From NCBI GenBank assembly GCA_964016885.1, contig OZ024742.1:323640001-323704000 (forward strand): a DNA stretch of 64,000 nt. Reading direction: 5' to 3'. Position 1 is the first letter of the stretch; each line of letters begins with the position of its first letter. The translations under genes and the position numbers were made by a program. Below, piece by piece: positions 26,177 to 38,090 of the stretch. This DNA comes from Eledone cirrhosa (Eukaryota). The notes under the pieces are model-generated. The model ran no database searches. It saw nothing but the letters and a program-made list of their open reading frames with translations, and was not told the DNA's origin.

Positions 26177-29100
26177 TTAGGTAAGGCGGGTCTTCTCTGT
26201 TACTGAGTACCGCCAAAGGTCTCGGTCCAGTGACATTGTCTTGGAGAGGTGTAAGTGTGTGATGTCGGAGTTTATCAGCTCGTCCCAGGTTTTTCTAGGT
26301 CTGCCTATTCCGTGACTACCGTCTATCTTTATTGCCCTGCACTTTGTTATACAGCTATCGACTTTCATGCGCATCACGTGTCCATACCAACGTAGCCTTC
26401 TCTCGAGTAAACAACATCTGATCCCTCTTATCTCTAATTTATTCCTTAGTTCGTTTATGCTTTGCCGTTCACGTATATTACTGTTACACATCCAGCGGAG
26501 CATGCAAGCTTCGTTCCTCTCTAGTCTGCGTATATCCTCTGCACACAATGCCCAGGTCTCACTGCCATGCAGCATTGCTGTTCGTATGCAGGCATCGTAC
26601 AACCTGCCTTTCATTTTTAGTGAGAACCCTTTAGCAGCTAATAGTGGTATAAGCTCTCTGAACTTTTTCCAACCAGTTCTGACTCTAGCTACAGTACTTT
26701 CAGAGCACCCTCCCCCACTGCTGATTTTATCGCCCAGGTAACGGAAGCTGTCCACTATTTCTATAGAACCCTCTGCGCAATTGAAAGAGCTAGTAGTTTG
26801 TGGGCACTTGCTGCTACTTATTGCACCAGAGCACCGGCCACATGTAAAATCTATGTTCTTAGTTAGCCTACCTGTGATCCCACTACATCTTTTATGCACC
26901 CATACTTTGCATTTAGGACATAAAATGGAGTTTCTACCTACGCCTTTCCTACACACCGAGCACGACCATTTCCCAGAAGGGACCGCCGCCTTGTTTTCTT
27001 TCCTACAAACTAGTACTTTGGTCTTAGCCAGGTTAATTTTAAGTCCTTTTGACTCTAGGCCGTGCTTCCATGTTTGGAATTTCTTCTCTAGCTCGGCCAT
27101 TGATTCCGCTATGAGTGTCAGGTCGTCTGCGTATAGGAGTTCCCATGGGCAGCCTGTCTTGAACTCCTCTGTTATGGCCTGAAGGGCAATAATAAATAGT
27201 AGTGGACTGAGAACAGAGCCCTGATGGACGCCGACTTTTACGCTAAACTCTTCACTATATTCGTTGTTAATTCTAACCTTGCTGACTGTTTCTTTATACA
27301 TGGCTTGTATAGCCCTCACAAGCCATTCGTCAACGCCTAGTTTTCTAAGAGCCCACCAGATAATGGAGCGGGGGACTCTGTCGAAGGCTTTCTCCAAGTC
27401 GACAAAAGCTAAGTAGAGGGGTTTACCTTTAGCTAGGTACTTCTCTTGTAGTTGTCGTACTATGAAAAGAGCGTCTGTGGTACTTTTGCCTGACACAAAC
27501 CCGAACTGCATTTCATCTAGGTCAATTCTCTCTCTGATTAGTTGCGCTATTACTCTTTCCGTGACCTTCATGACCTGGTCGATTAATTTAATGCCTCTAT
27601 AGTTACTCCTATCTAGGGCGTCTCCTTTACCCTTATAACAGTTAACGATGATGCTGCTATGCCAGTCCTTCGGAACAACCCCGTTTTGTACGACTTGGTT
27701 AACTATGCGGGTGACCATGGTGTGTCCCACCGTGCCAGATGCCTTCAGCATCTCAGCAACTATTTCCGAAGGCCCAGCCGCCTTACCAGTCTTCATATCC
27801 TTGATTGCCTTACTTATTATACTCCCCTCGACTAACACTGCTGGTCCCTCTATTGGGTCGATATGGGGGAGACTGCCTTTCTCCCAATTATTCTCCTCAT
27901 TTAGAAGCCTTTCATAGTGACACTTCCAAGCTACCTTCTTATCAGCGTCGGTGATGGCAAGTGTGCCATCGTCGTTTAGTACACACTTCTCCCCGACAAT
28001 ATCACGGTTTTCCTTGACGCATTGCCTAGCAATCCTGAACACCTCACGTTTTTGGTCATCGCGTTGTAGAACATGCTTGAACTTTCTTTCCTCAGCTTCC
28101 CTTCTTGCTAAGTACACTTGTCTCCTAGCTTCCCTCCTGGCCACTTGATAGTCCTCTCTACTTCCCCCATCCCGCCATACTTTCCAAGCCTGCTTTTTGG
28201 CCTTAATTGACCCCTCCACCTTACTGTTCCACCACCATGTTACTCTCCTCCTGCCTACAGGCCTGCTCCAGCCACAGACCTCGTCTGTCGCCAACAGCAG
28301 GTTTGCTTTCAGAAATTCCCACTCTCCCTCTATATTGTCCGACTCTAAATGTTCTTCCTTACTGTCGAAAGCATCAAGTAATATGCTTTGAAATTTATTC
28401 CTGGCTGTGGGGTCCTTTAACTTCCATATTTTCCTCCTGAGGATAGTCCTCTTCTGTTGTCGAGTACGTCTCGTCCTGACTATGAGGTCGCTAATTATCA
28501 GTCTATGTTGGGAGGTGCATTCTTCATGGGGGAGGGATTTAGTGTTAACAACAGACACTCTGTCACGTCTTCTGGTAAGGATATAATCTACCTGGCTTGT
28601 GTGTTCCCCGGATCTATAGGTGATCAGGTGATTGTCACGTTTTTTGAAGTTAGTGTTACAGATAGTTAGGTTATTTGCATCACAGAATTCCAGGATTCTG
28701 GAGCCTTCCTCATTTCTAGTACCAAACCCATAGCCTCCATGGATTTCGTCGTAGCCGTCACAATGTTGTCCAACGTGACCATTTAGGTCGCCTGCGATAA
28801 TTATATAGTCACTGTCGGATATTTGGGAGGTAGTTAGCATCAGTGTCTCATAGAATCTGTCTTTTATAGTGCCGGGCAGTCCGGATTGGGGTGCGTACGC
28901 AGATATTACTGTCACCGTAGTTCTATTGAGGACAAGTCGTATTTTAATTATTCTGTCGTTCACTCTATTTACGTCTATTATCTTATCTGCCCACTTTTCT
29001 GCTACCATGATTCCTACTCCACCCAGCCCATCGTCGTTTCCCACCCAGAAAAGCTTATAACAACGTTTTTTACCCTCAATGAACCTAGCAGACCCACCCC

Positions 29101-29539
29101 TCCACCTGGTCTCTTGAATACAACAAACATCGACCTCCTTACGTTCAAGCATTTCTACAACCTCGTTAGCGCGACCCTTTAGGGTGCCTACATTTATGGT
29201 ACCAACTCTGAAGTTTTGGATTGCGTTTGGGGGTTGGGGGCGGTGAGGGGCGGGGGGCGATGGGGTTATGTTAGCCGTCCGCGGTCGAAACAATGAGGAG
29301 TGCTCGCATTCTCGTCCAAGGGGTGAATTTGTCTTTATCTTTGGCATTGTCGCTGAGCGTCCAGATTTTTCTCTCTCACCTCCACTCTCCAGGATTCCGC
29401 AGTCCATCCATCCATCATATATCGTATATCGAAAGGCAACCAGGCAAGCGATAGTATAGGCCTCTGGTTTCTGATTGGTCCGCGTAATAATACTGGTGAT
29501 ACGTGGGGGCTGTTTTATGATTGGTCCACGTAATAGCAA
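26177..29539 (-). CDS. RTE-clade single ORF: AP endonuclease, reverse transcriptase, C4HC3 PHD-like finger
   Basis: APE motifs (GTINVGTL, QETRW, SAYAPQ, GDLNGHVG, SQVDY, SQHRL); RT motifs (NYRGIKL, QFGF, DLEKAFD, GVHQGSVLSP, YADD, YLG); no stops in 1120 codons; true start codon uncertain. Confidence 0.97.
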   Translation of the reverse strand: MLLRGPIIKQPPRITSIITRTNQKPEAYTIACLVAFRYTIYDGWMDCGILESGGEREKSGRSATMPKIKTNSPLGRECEHSSLFRPRTANITPSPPAPHRPQPPNAIQNFRVGTINVGTLKGRANEVVEMLERKEVDVCCIQETRWRGGSARFIEGKKRCYKLFWVGNDDGLGGVGIMVAEKWADKIIDVNRVNDRIIKIRLVLNRTTVTVISAYAPQSGLPGTIKDRFYETLMLTTSQISDSDYIIIAGDLNGHVGQHCDGYDEIHGGYGFGTRNEEGSRILEFCDANNLTICNTNFKKRDNHLITYRSGEHTSQVDYILTRRRDRVSVVNTKSLPHEECTSQHRLIISDLIVRTRRTRQQKRTILRRKIWKLKDPTARNKFQSILLDAFDSKEEHLESDNIEGEWEFLKANLLLATDEVCGWSRPVGRRRVTWWWNSKVEGSIKAKKQAWKVWRDGGSREDYQVARREARRQVYLARREAEERKFKHVLQRDDQKREVFRIARQCVKENRDIVGEKCVLNDDGTLAITDADKKVAWKCHYERLLNEENNWEKGSLPHIDPIEGPAVLVEGSIISKAIKDMKTGKAAGPSEIVAEMLKASGTVGHTMVTRIVNQVVQNGVVPKDWHSSIIVNCYKGKGDALDRSNYRGIKLIDQVMKVTERVIAQLIRERIDLDEMQFGFVSGKSTTDALFIVRQLQEKYLAKGKPLYLAFVDLEKAFDRVPRSIIWWALRKLGVDEWLVRAIQAMYKETVSKVRINNEYSEEFSVKVGVHQGSVLSPLLFIIALQAITEEFKTGCPWELLYADDLTLIAESMAELEKKFQTWKHGLESKGLKINLAKTKVLVCRKENKAAVPSGKWSCSVCRKGVGRNSILCPKCKVWVHKRCSGITGRLTKNIDFTCGRCSGAISSSKCPQTTSSFNCAEGSIEIVDSFRYLGDKISSGGGCSESTVARVRTGWKKFRELIPLLAAKGFSLKMKGRLYDACIRTAMLHGSETWALCAEDIRRLERNEACMLRWMCNSNIRERQSINELRNKLEIRGIRCCLLERRLRWYGHVMRMKVDSCITKCRAIKIDGSHGIGRPRKTWDELINSDITHLHLSKTMSLDRDLWRYSVTEKTRLT

Positions 29540-29575
29540 TGGTGGTGTGTGGGGGTGGGAGGGAGGGGTGTTGGG

Positions 29576-32500
29576 TAGCTAGCAAGAAGGTAATGATTGA
29601 GATGGGTCTATGCATTTAACAAGCGATTAACAAAAATACAAAATTTGTTCAGTTAAATACGTCCAAAAACCTAAACGTATTTAGCACTTAATAGGAACAG
29701 AAAATGTAGTTTGTTTTAGCGATAGAATGGCTATTTGGACTTGAAATACGAAATGTGAATTGTTTTGAGAATACGCTAGGAGAGAGAGAGAGAGAGAGAT
29801 GAAGTCTGTACATTACGTTTACATGATTTTCGTTCGGACAGCAGGCAAAGAAATGAAATTTGGCGAAGTGAATTCCTATCATATATTTATAGGGAGAGAG
29901 AGAGAGAGAGAGAGAGTGCGAGGGTAGGGGGCCACATGATGGCTGTGGGTGTTAGGCGTTTGACCGCCCCGTGCCTTCGAAGAAGGAAGAAGGAAAGGAT
30001 TTTGCTTTTTTTTTGTTTTGAAGATACGCTAGAATTAGGGATTGGGGTTTGAAAATACGTTAGGAATTAAGGTTTGAAAATAGCTAGCAAGAAGGTAATG
30101 ATTGAGATGGGTCTATGCATTTAACAAGCGATTAACAAAAATACAAAATTTGTTCAGTTAAATACGTCCAAAAACCTAAACGTATTTAGCACTTAATAGG
30201 AACAGAAAATGTAGTTTGTTTTAGCGATAGAATGGCTATTTGGACTTGAAATACGAAATGTGAATTGTTTTGAGAATACGCTAGGAGAGAGAGAGAGAGA
30301 GAGATGAAGTCTGTACATTACGTTTACATGATTTTCGTTCGGACAGCAGGCAAAGAAATGAAATTTGGCGAAGTGAATTCCTATCATATATTTATAGGGA
30401 GAGAGAGAGAGAGAGAGAGAGTGCGAGGGTAGGGGGCCACATGATGGCTGTGGGTGTTAGGCGTTTGACCGCCCCGTGCCTTCGAAGAAGGAAGAAGGAA
30501 AGGATTTTGCTTTTTTTTTGTTTTGAAGATACGCTAGAATTAGGGATTGGGGTTTGAAAATACGTTAGGAATTAAGGTTTGAAAATAGCTAGCAAGAAGG
30601 TAATGATTGAGATGGGTCTATGCATTTAACAAGCGATTAACAAAAATACAAAATTTGTTCAGTTAAATACGTCCAAAAACCTAAACGTATTTAGCACTTA
30701 ATAGGAACAGAAAATGTAGTTTGTTTTAGCGATAGAATGGCTATTTGGACTTGAAATACGAAATGTGAATTGTTTTGAGAATACGCTAGGAGAGAGAGAG
30801 AGAGAGAGATGAAGTCTGTACATTACGTTTACATGATTTTCGTTCGGACAGCAGGCAAAGAAATGAAATTTGGCGAAGTGAATTCCTATCATATATTTAT
30901 AGGGAGAGAGAGAGAGAGAGAGAGAGTGCGAGGGTAGGGGGCCACATGATGGCTGTGGGTGTTAGGCGTTTGACCGCCCCGTGCCTTCGAAGAAGGAAGA
31001 AGGAAAGGATTTTGCTTTTTTTTTGTTTTGAAGATACGCTAGAATTAGGGATTGGGGTTTGAAAATACGTTAGGAATTAAGGTTTGAAAATAGCTAGCAA
31101 GAAGGTAATGATTGAGATGGGTCTATGCATTTAACAAGCGATTAACAAAAATACAAAATTTGTTCAGTTAAATACGTCCAAAAACCTAAACGTATTTAGC
31201 ACTTAATAGGAACAGAAAATGTAGTTTGTTTTAGCGATAGAATGGCTATTTGGACTTGAAATACGAAATGTGAATTGTTTTGAGAATACGCTAGGAGAGA
31301 GAGAGAGAGAGAGATGAAGTCTGTACATTACGTTTACATGATTTTCGTTCGGACAGCAGGCAAAGAAATGAAATTTGGCGAAGTGAATTCCTATCATATA
31401 TTTATAGGGAGAGAGAGAGAGAGAGAGAGAGTGCGAGGGTAGGGGGCCACATGATGGCTGTGGGTGTTAGGCGTTTGACCGCCCCGTGCCTTCGAAGAAG
31501 GAAGAAGGAAAGGATTTTGCTTTTTTTTTGTTTTGAAGATACGCTAGAATTAGGGATTGGGGTTTGAAAATACGTTAGGAATTAAGGTTTGAAAATAGCT
31601 AGCAAGAAGGTAATGATTGAGATGGGTCTATGCATTTAACAAGCGATTAACAAAAATACAAAATTTGTTCAGTTAAATACGTCCAAAAACCTAAACGTAT
31701 TTAGCACTTAATAGGAACAGAAAATGTAGTTTGTTTTAGCGATAGAATGGCTATTTGGACTTGAAATACGAAATGTGAATTGTTTTGAGAATACGCTAGG
31801 AGAGAGAGAGAGAGAGAGATGAAGTCTGTACATTACGTTTACATGATTTTCGTTCGGACAGCAGGCAAAGAAATGAAATTTGGCGAAGTGAATTCCTATC
31901 ATATATTTATAGGGAGAGAGAGAGAGAGAGAGAGAGTGCGAGGGTAGGGGGCCACATGATGGCTGTGGGTGTTAGGCGTTTGACCGCCCCGTGCCTTCGA
32001 AGAAGGAAGAAGGAAAGGATTTTGCTTTTTTTTTGTTTTGAAGATACGCTAGAATTAGGGATTGGGGTTTGAAAATACGTTAGGAATTAAGGTTTGAAAA
32101 TAGCTAGCAAGAAGGTAATGATTGAGATGGGTCTATGCATTTAACAAGCGATTAACAAAAATACAAAATTTGTTCAGTTAAATACGTCCAAAAACCTAAA
32201 CGTATTTAGCACTTAATAGGAACAGAAAATGTAGTTTGTTTTAGCGATAGAATGGCTATTTGGACTTGAAATACGAAATGTGAATTGTTTTGAGAATACG
32301 CTAGGAGAGAGAGAGAGAGAGAGATGAAGTCTGTACATTACGTTTACATGATTTTCGTTCGGACAGCAGGCAAAGAAATGAAATTTGGCGAAGTGAATTC
32401 CTATCATATATTTATAGGGAGAGAGAGAGAGAGAGAGAGAGTGCGAGGGTAGGGGGCCACATGATGGCTGTGGGTGTTAGGCGTTTGACCGCCCCGTGCC

Positions 32501-35500
32501 TTCGAAGAAGGAAGAAGGAAAGGATTTTGCTTTTTTTTTGTTTTGAAGATACGCTAGAATTAGGGATTGGGGTTTGAAAATACGTTAGGAATTAAGGTTT
32601 GAAAATAGCTAGCAAGAAGGTAATGATTGAGATGGGTCTATGCATTTAACAAGCGATTAACAAAAATACAAAATTTGTTCAGTTAAATACGTCCAAAAAC
32701 CTAAACGTATTTAGCACTTAATAGGAACAGAAAATGTAGTTTGTTTTAGCGATAGAATGGCTATTTGGACTTGAAATACGAAATGTGAATTGTTTTGAGA
32801 ATACGCTAGGAGAGAGAGAGAGAGAGAGATGAAGTCTGTACATTACGTTTACATGATTTTCGTTCGGACAGCAGGCAAAGAAATGAAATTTGGCGAAGTG
32901 AATTCCTATCATATATTTATAGGGAGAGAGAGAGAGAGAGAGAGAGTGCGAGGGTAGGGGGCCACATGATGGCTGTGGGTGTTAGGCGTTTGACCGCCCC
33001 GTGCCTTCGAAGAAGGAAGAAGGAAAGGATTTTGCTTTTTTTTTGTTTTGAAGATACGCTAGAATTAGGGATTGGGGTTTGAAAATACGTTAGGAATTAA
33101 GGTTTGAAAATAGCTAGCAAGAAGGTAATGATTGAGATGGGTCTATGCATTTAACAAGCGATTAACAAAAATACAAAATTTGTTCAGTTAAATACGTCCA
33201 AAAACCTAAACGTATTTAGCACTTAATAGGAACAGAAAATGTAGTTTGTTTTAGCGATAGAATGGCTATTTGGACTTGAAATACGAAATGTGAATTGTTT
33301 TGAGAATACGCTAGGAGAGAGAGAGAGAGAGAGATGAAGTCTGTACATTACGTTTACATGATTTTCGTTCGGACAGCAGGCAAAGAAATGAAATTTGGCG
33401 AAGTGAATTCCTATCATATATTTATAGGGAGAGAGAGAGAGAGAGAGAGAGTGCGAGGGTAGGGGGCCACATGATGGCTGTGGGTGTTAGGCGTTTGACC
33501 GCCCCGTGCCTTCGAAGAAGGAAGAAGGAAAGGATTTTGCTTTTTTTTTGTTTTGAAGATACGCTAGAATTAGGGATTGGGGTTTGAAAATACGTTAGGA
33601 ATTAAGGTTTGAAAATAGCTAGCAAGAAGGTAATGATTGAGATGGGTCTATGCATTTAACAAGCGATTAACAAAAATACAAAATTTGTTCAGTTAAATAC
33701 GTCCAAAAACCTAAACGTATTTAGCACTTAATAGGAACAGAAAATGTAGTTTGTTTTAGCGATAGAATGGCTATTTGGACTTGAAATACGAAATGTGAAT
33801 TGTTTTGAGAATACGCTAGGAGAGAGAGAGAGAGAGAGATGAAGTCTGTACATTACGTTTACATGATTTTCGTTCGGACAGCAGGCAAAGAAATGAAATT
33901 TGGCGAAGTGAATTCCTATCATATATTTATAGGGAGAGAGAGAGAGAGAGAGAGAGTGCGAGGGTAGGGGGCCACATGATGGCTGTGGGTGTTAGGCGTT
34001 TGACCGCCCCGTGCCTTCGAAGAAGGAAGAAGGAAAGGATTTTGCTTTTTTTTTGTTTTGAAGATACGCTAGAATTAGGGATTGGGGTTTGAAAATACGT
34101 TAGGAATTAAGGTTTGAAAATAGCTAGCAAGAAGGTAATGATTGAGATGGGTCTATGCATTTAACAAGCGATTAACAAAAATACAAAATTTGTTCAGTTA
34201 AATACGTCCAAAAACCTAAACGTATTTAGCACTTAATAGGAACAGAAAATGTAGTTTGTTTTAGCGATAGAATGGCTATTTGGACTTGAAATACGAAATG
34301 TGAATTGTTTTGAGAATACGCTAGGAGAGAGAGAGAGAGAGAGATGAAGTCTGTACATTACGTTTACATGATTTTCGTTCGGACAGCAGGCAAAGAAATG
34401 AAATTTGGCGAAGTGAATTCCTATCATATATTTATAGGGAGAGAGAGAGAGAGAGAGAGAGTGCGAGGGTAGGGGGCCACATGATGGCTGTGGGTGTTAG
34501 GCGTTTGACCGCCCCGTGCCTTCGAAGAAGGAAGAAGGAAAGGATTTTGCTTTTTTTTTGTTTTGAAGATACGCTAGAATTAGGGATTGGGGTTTGAAAA
34601 TACGTTAGGAATTAAGGTTTGAAAATAGCTAGCAAGAAGGTAATGATTGAGATGGGTCTATGCATTTAACAAGCGATTAACAAAAATACAAAATTTGTTC
34701 AGTTAAATACGTCCAAAAACCTAAACGTATTTAGCACTTAATAGGAACAGAAAATGTAGTTTGTTTTAGCGATAGAATGGCTATTTGGACTTGAAATACG
34801 AAATGTGAATTGTTTTGAGAATACGCTAGGAGAGAGAGAGAGAGAGAGATGAAGTCTGTACATTACGTTTACATGATTTTCGTTCGGACAGCAGGCAAAG
34901 AAATGAAATTTGGCGAAGTGAATTCCTATCATATATTTATAGGGAGAGAGAGAGAGAGAGAGAGAGTGCGAGGGTAGGGGGCCACATGATGGCTGTGGGT
35001 GTTAGGCGTTTGACCGCCCCGTGCCTTCGAAGAAGGAAGAAGGAAAGGATTTTGCTTTTTTTTTGTTTTGAAGATACGCTAGAATTAGGGATTGGGGTTT
35101 GAAAATACGTTAGGAATTAAGGTTTGAAAATAGCTAGCAAGAAGGTAATGATTGAGATGGGTCTATGCATTTAACAAGCGATTAACAAAAATACAAAATT
35201 TGTTCAGTTAAATACGTCCAAAAACCTAAACGTATTTAGCACTTAATAGGAACAGAAAATGTAGTTTGTTTTAGCGATAGAATGGCTATTTGGACTTGAA
35301 ATACGAAATGTGAATTGTTTTGAGAATACGCTAGGAGAGAGAGAGAGAGAGAGATGAAGTCTGTACATTACGTTTACATGATTTTCGTTCGGACAGCAGG
35401 CAAAGAAATGAAATTTGGCGAAGTGAATTCCTATCATATATTTATAGGGAGAGAGAGAGAGAGAGAGAGAGTGCGAGGGTAGGGGGCCACATGATGGCTG

Positions 35501-35552
35501 TGGGTGTTAGGCGTTTGACCGCCCCGTGCCTTCGAAGAAGGAAGAAGGAAAG
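29576..35552. repeat. 505-bp tandem array, 11 full copies plus 422 bp, apparently identical
   Basis: Unit starts TAGCTAGCAAGAAGG at 29576, 30081 ... 35131; the same 64-codon ORF recurs every 505 bp. Confidence 0.98.
35534..35552 (-). promoter_or_regulatory. Putative TCT initiator / 5'-TOP at the element 5' end (present in every monomer)
   Basis: Minus strand starts CTTTCCTTCTTCCTTCTTC; internal monomers read TC-C-TTTCC, matching YYC+1TTTYY. Confidence 0.5.
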
Positions 35553-35607
35553 ATATATATATATATTTATACATACATATGTATATATATATATATATAT
35601 TTTATAC

Positions 35608-36220
35608 ATCATCATTCATCATCATCATTTCATTTTACGTCCGCTTTTTCCCTGCTTGCAAGGGTGGGACGGGAACTGATTCTGGCTTGATTTCTACAGC
35701 TGGATGCCCTTCCTAACACCAACCTCATTTACAGTGAGTGCTGGGTGTTATTTTTCCGTGGCACCTCCACGACCACTTTACAGTGGAATGATAGGGACCC
35801 CAGTCCCTATCATCTCATTTCTACAGCTGAGTAAACTGGAGCAATGTGAAATAAAGTGTCTTGCTCAAGGAAACAACACATCACCCGGTCTGAGAATTGA
35901 ACTCACAACATATATATGTATATATATACATACATATGTATGTTTACACATATATATGTATATATATATATACATATATACAGTTTACATATATACAGTT
36001 TACTCAGCTGTAGAAATGAGATGATAGGGACTGGGGTCCCTATCATTCCACTGCAAAGTGGTCGTGGAGGTGTCACGGCAAAAACCACCCAGCACTCACT
36101 GTAACTGAGGTTGGTGTTAGGAAGGGCATCCAGCTGTAGAAATCAAGCCAGTATCAATTCCCGTCCAACCCTTGCAAGCAGGGAAAAGTGGACGTAAATT
36201 GATGATGATGATGATGATGA
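35608..36220. mobile_element. Inverted pair of RTE-tailed SINE copies (35608-35908 minus, 35996-36220 plus)
   Basis: Both match 20667-21016; separated by about 90 bp of TA-rich spacer. Confidence 0.85.
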
Positions 36221-36341
36221 CATACATATGTATGTTTATACATATATATGTATATATATATATATACATATGTATGTATATATATATATATATATCTATC
36301 TATATATATACATTTTTTCTGTTTAGCTTTGGCCTTCTAAG

Positions 36342-37205
<864 letters not shown>

Positions 37206-37824
37206 ATACATTTTTTCTGTTTAGCCTTGGCCTTCTAAGTTCTATATATATATATATATATATATAACTTAGAAAAATGAATGGAATAACAACAACACCC
37301 AAACAAACAATACTGACCTAAGAGAAGTATAAATAAATAAATAAAAAAAATAAATACATACACAAGCACAATAACAACAAACACATATAAACACACACTA
37401 GTAAACTAAGATACAATACAATAACCAATACACAGTACACACATGCAAACGCATGCGCAGAGAAGAAGGCAAAAATAAATAAATAAATAAACAGACTAAA
37501 TAAAGATGGCATAGGCATACAATACAAGAAGAGGAAACATAATAGCACTACTGACGATGTTGCGGATGTGCAACAAAAGAACTTTGTTAGACTATATATA
37601 TATGTTTGTGTCTATATTATATCTGTATTTTTGACTGTTGGTCAGTCAATGGAAACATTGAGGACCGAATAAATTAAATTAACCGATATAAAAGAGACAG
37701 AAGCGAAAACTAACCAAACAGTGAGTGTGTTCTGTTATTAATTCTGGCAATATTATTACACAAATATTACACAAGTATAACAATATTCGTTTCGACACAC
37801 GATTTCATATCAAAAACCTCGCAA

Positions 37825-37869
<45 letters not shown>

Positions 37870-37929
37870 TAATAAAAACAAAGAAACAGTTCCTTAAATT
37901 AAAAAATTCATCATTTTACGATCGTTGGT

Positions 37930-38090
37930 GGGGCAGAGTGTGTTGGTGTGGGGAGTGTGTGTTGGTGTGGGGAGTGTGTGTTGGTGTGGGGAGTGTGTGT
38001 TGGTGTGGGGAGTGTGTTGGGGTGGGGAGTGTGTGTTGCTGTTGGGAGTGGGTGTGGAGAGTGTGTGTTGTGGGGTAGAGTGTGTGTTGG
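37930..38090. repeat. Short GT-rich 20-bp minisatellite (GGGGAGTGTGTGTTGGTGT-like)
   Basis: Several degenerate units read directly, abutting an RTE fragment. Confidence 0.8.

Larger units (their letters stand above)
25785..35552 (-). mobile_element. RTE LINE copy 2, intact, including 6-kb tandem-monomer 5' region
   Basis: (GAT)n tail at 25785-25805, 3'UTR, open ORF, then 505-bp array ending at the (AT)n target sequence. Confidence 0.85.

Noticed and set aside
22447-29459. Plus-strand ORFs overlapping the RTEs
   Set aside because: Antisense shadows of the RT ORF with no independent motifs
21990-29575. Two RTE copies as an assembly duplication or as LTRs
   Set aside because: Copies differ by many substitutions and indels, have different 5' ends and each has its own (GAT)n tail
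29900-30000. HDV-like ribozyme or tRNA/snRNA in the monomer
   Set aside because: Small hairpins exist, but I could not build the P1/P2/P3 nested pseudoknot or a cloverleaf by eye; an Infernal/RNArobo search would be decisive
30030-30080. Telomeric repeat
   Set aside because: Only one exact TTAGGG per monomer; no tandem telomere tract
29576-35552. CRISPR-like array or 12 tandem 64-aa genes
   Set aside because: No unique spacers; the ORF crosses a (CT)n tract, has no recognisable domain and simply recurs with the unit
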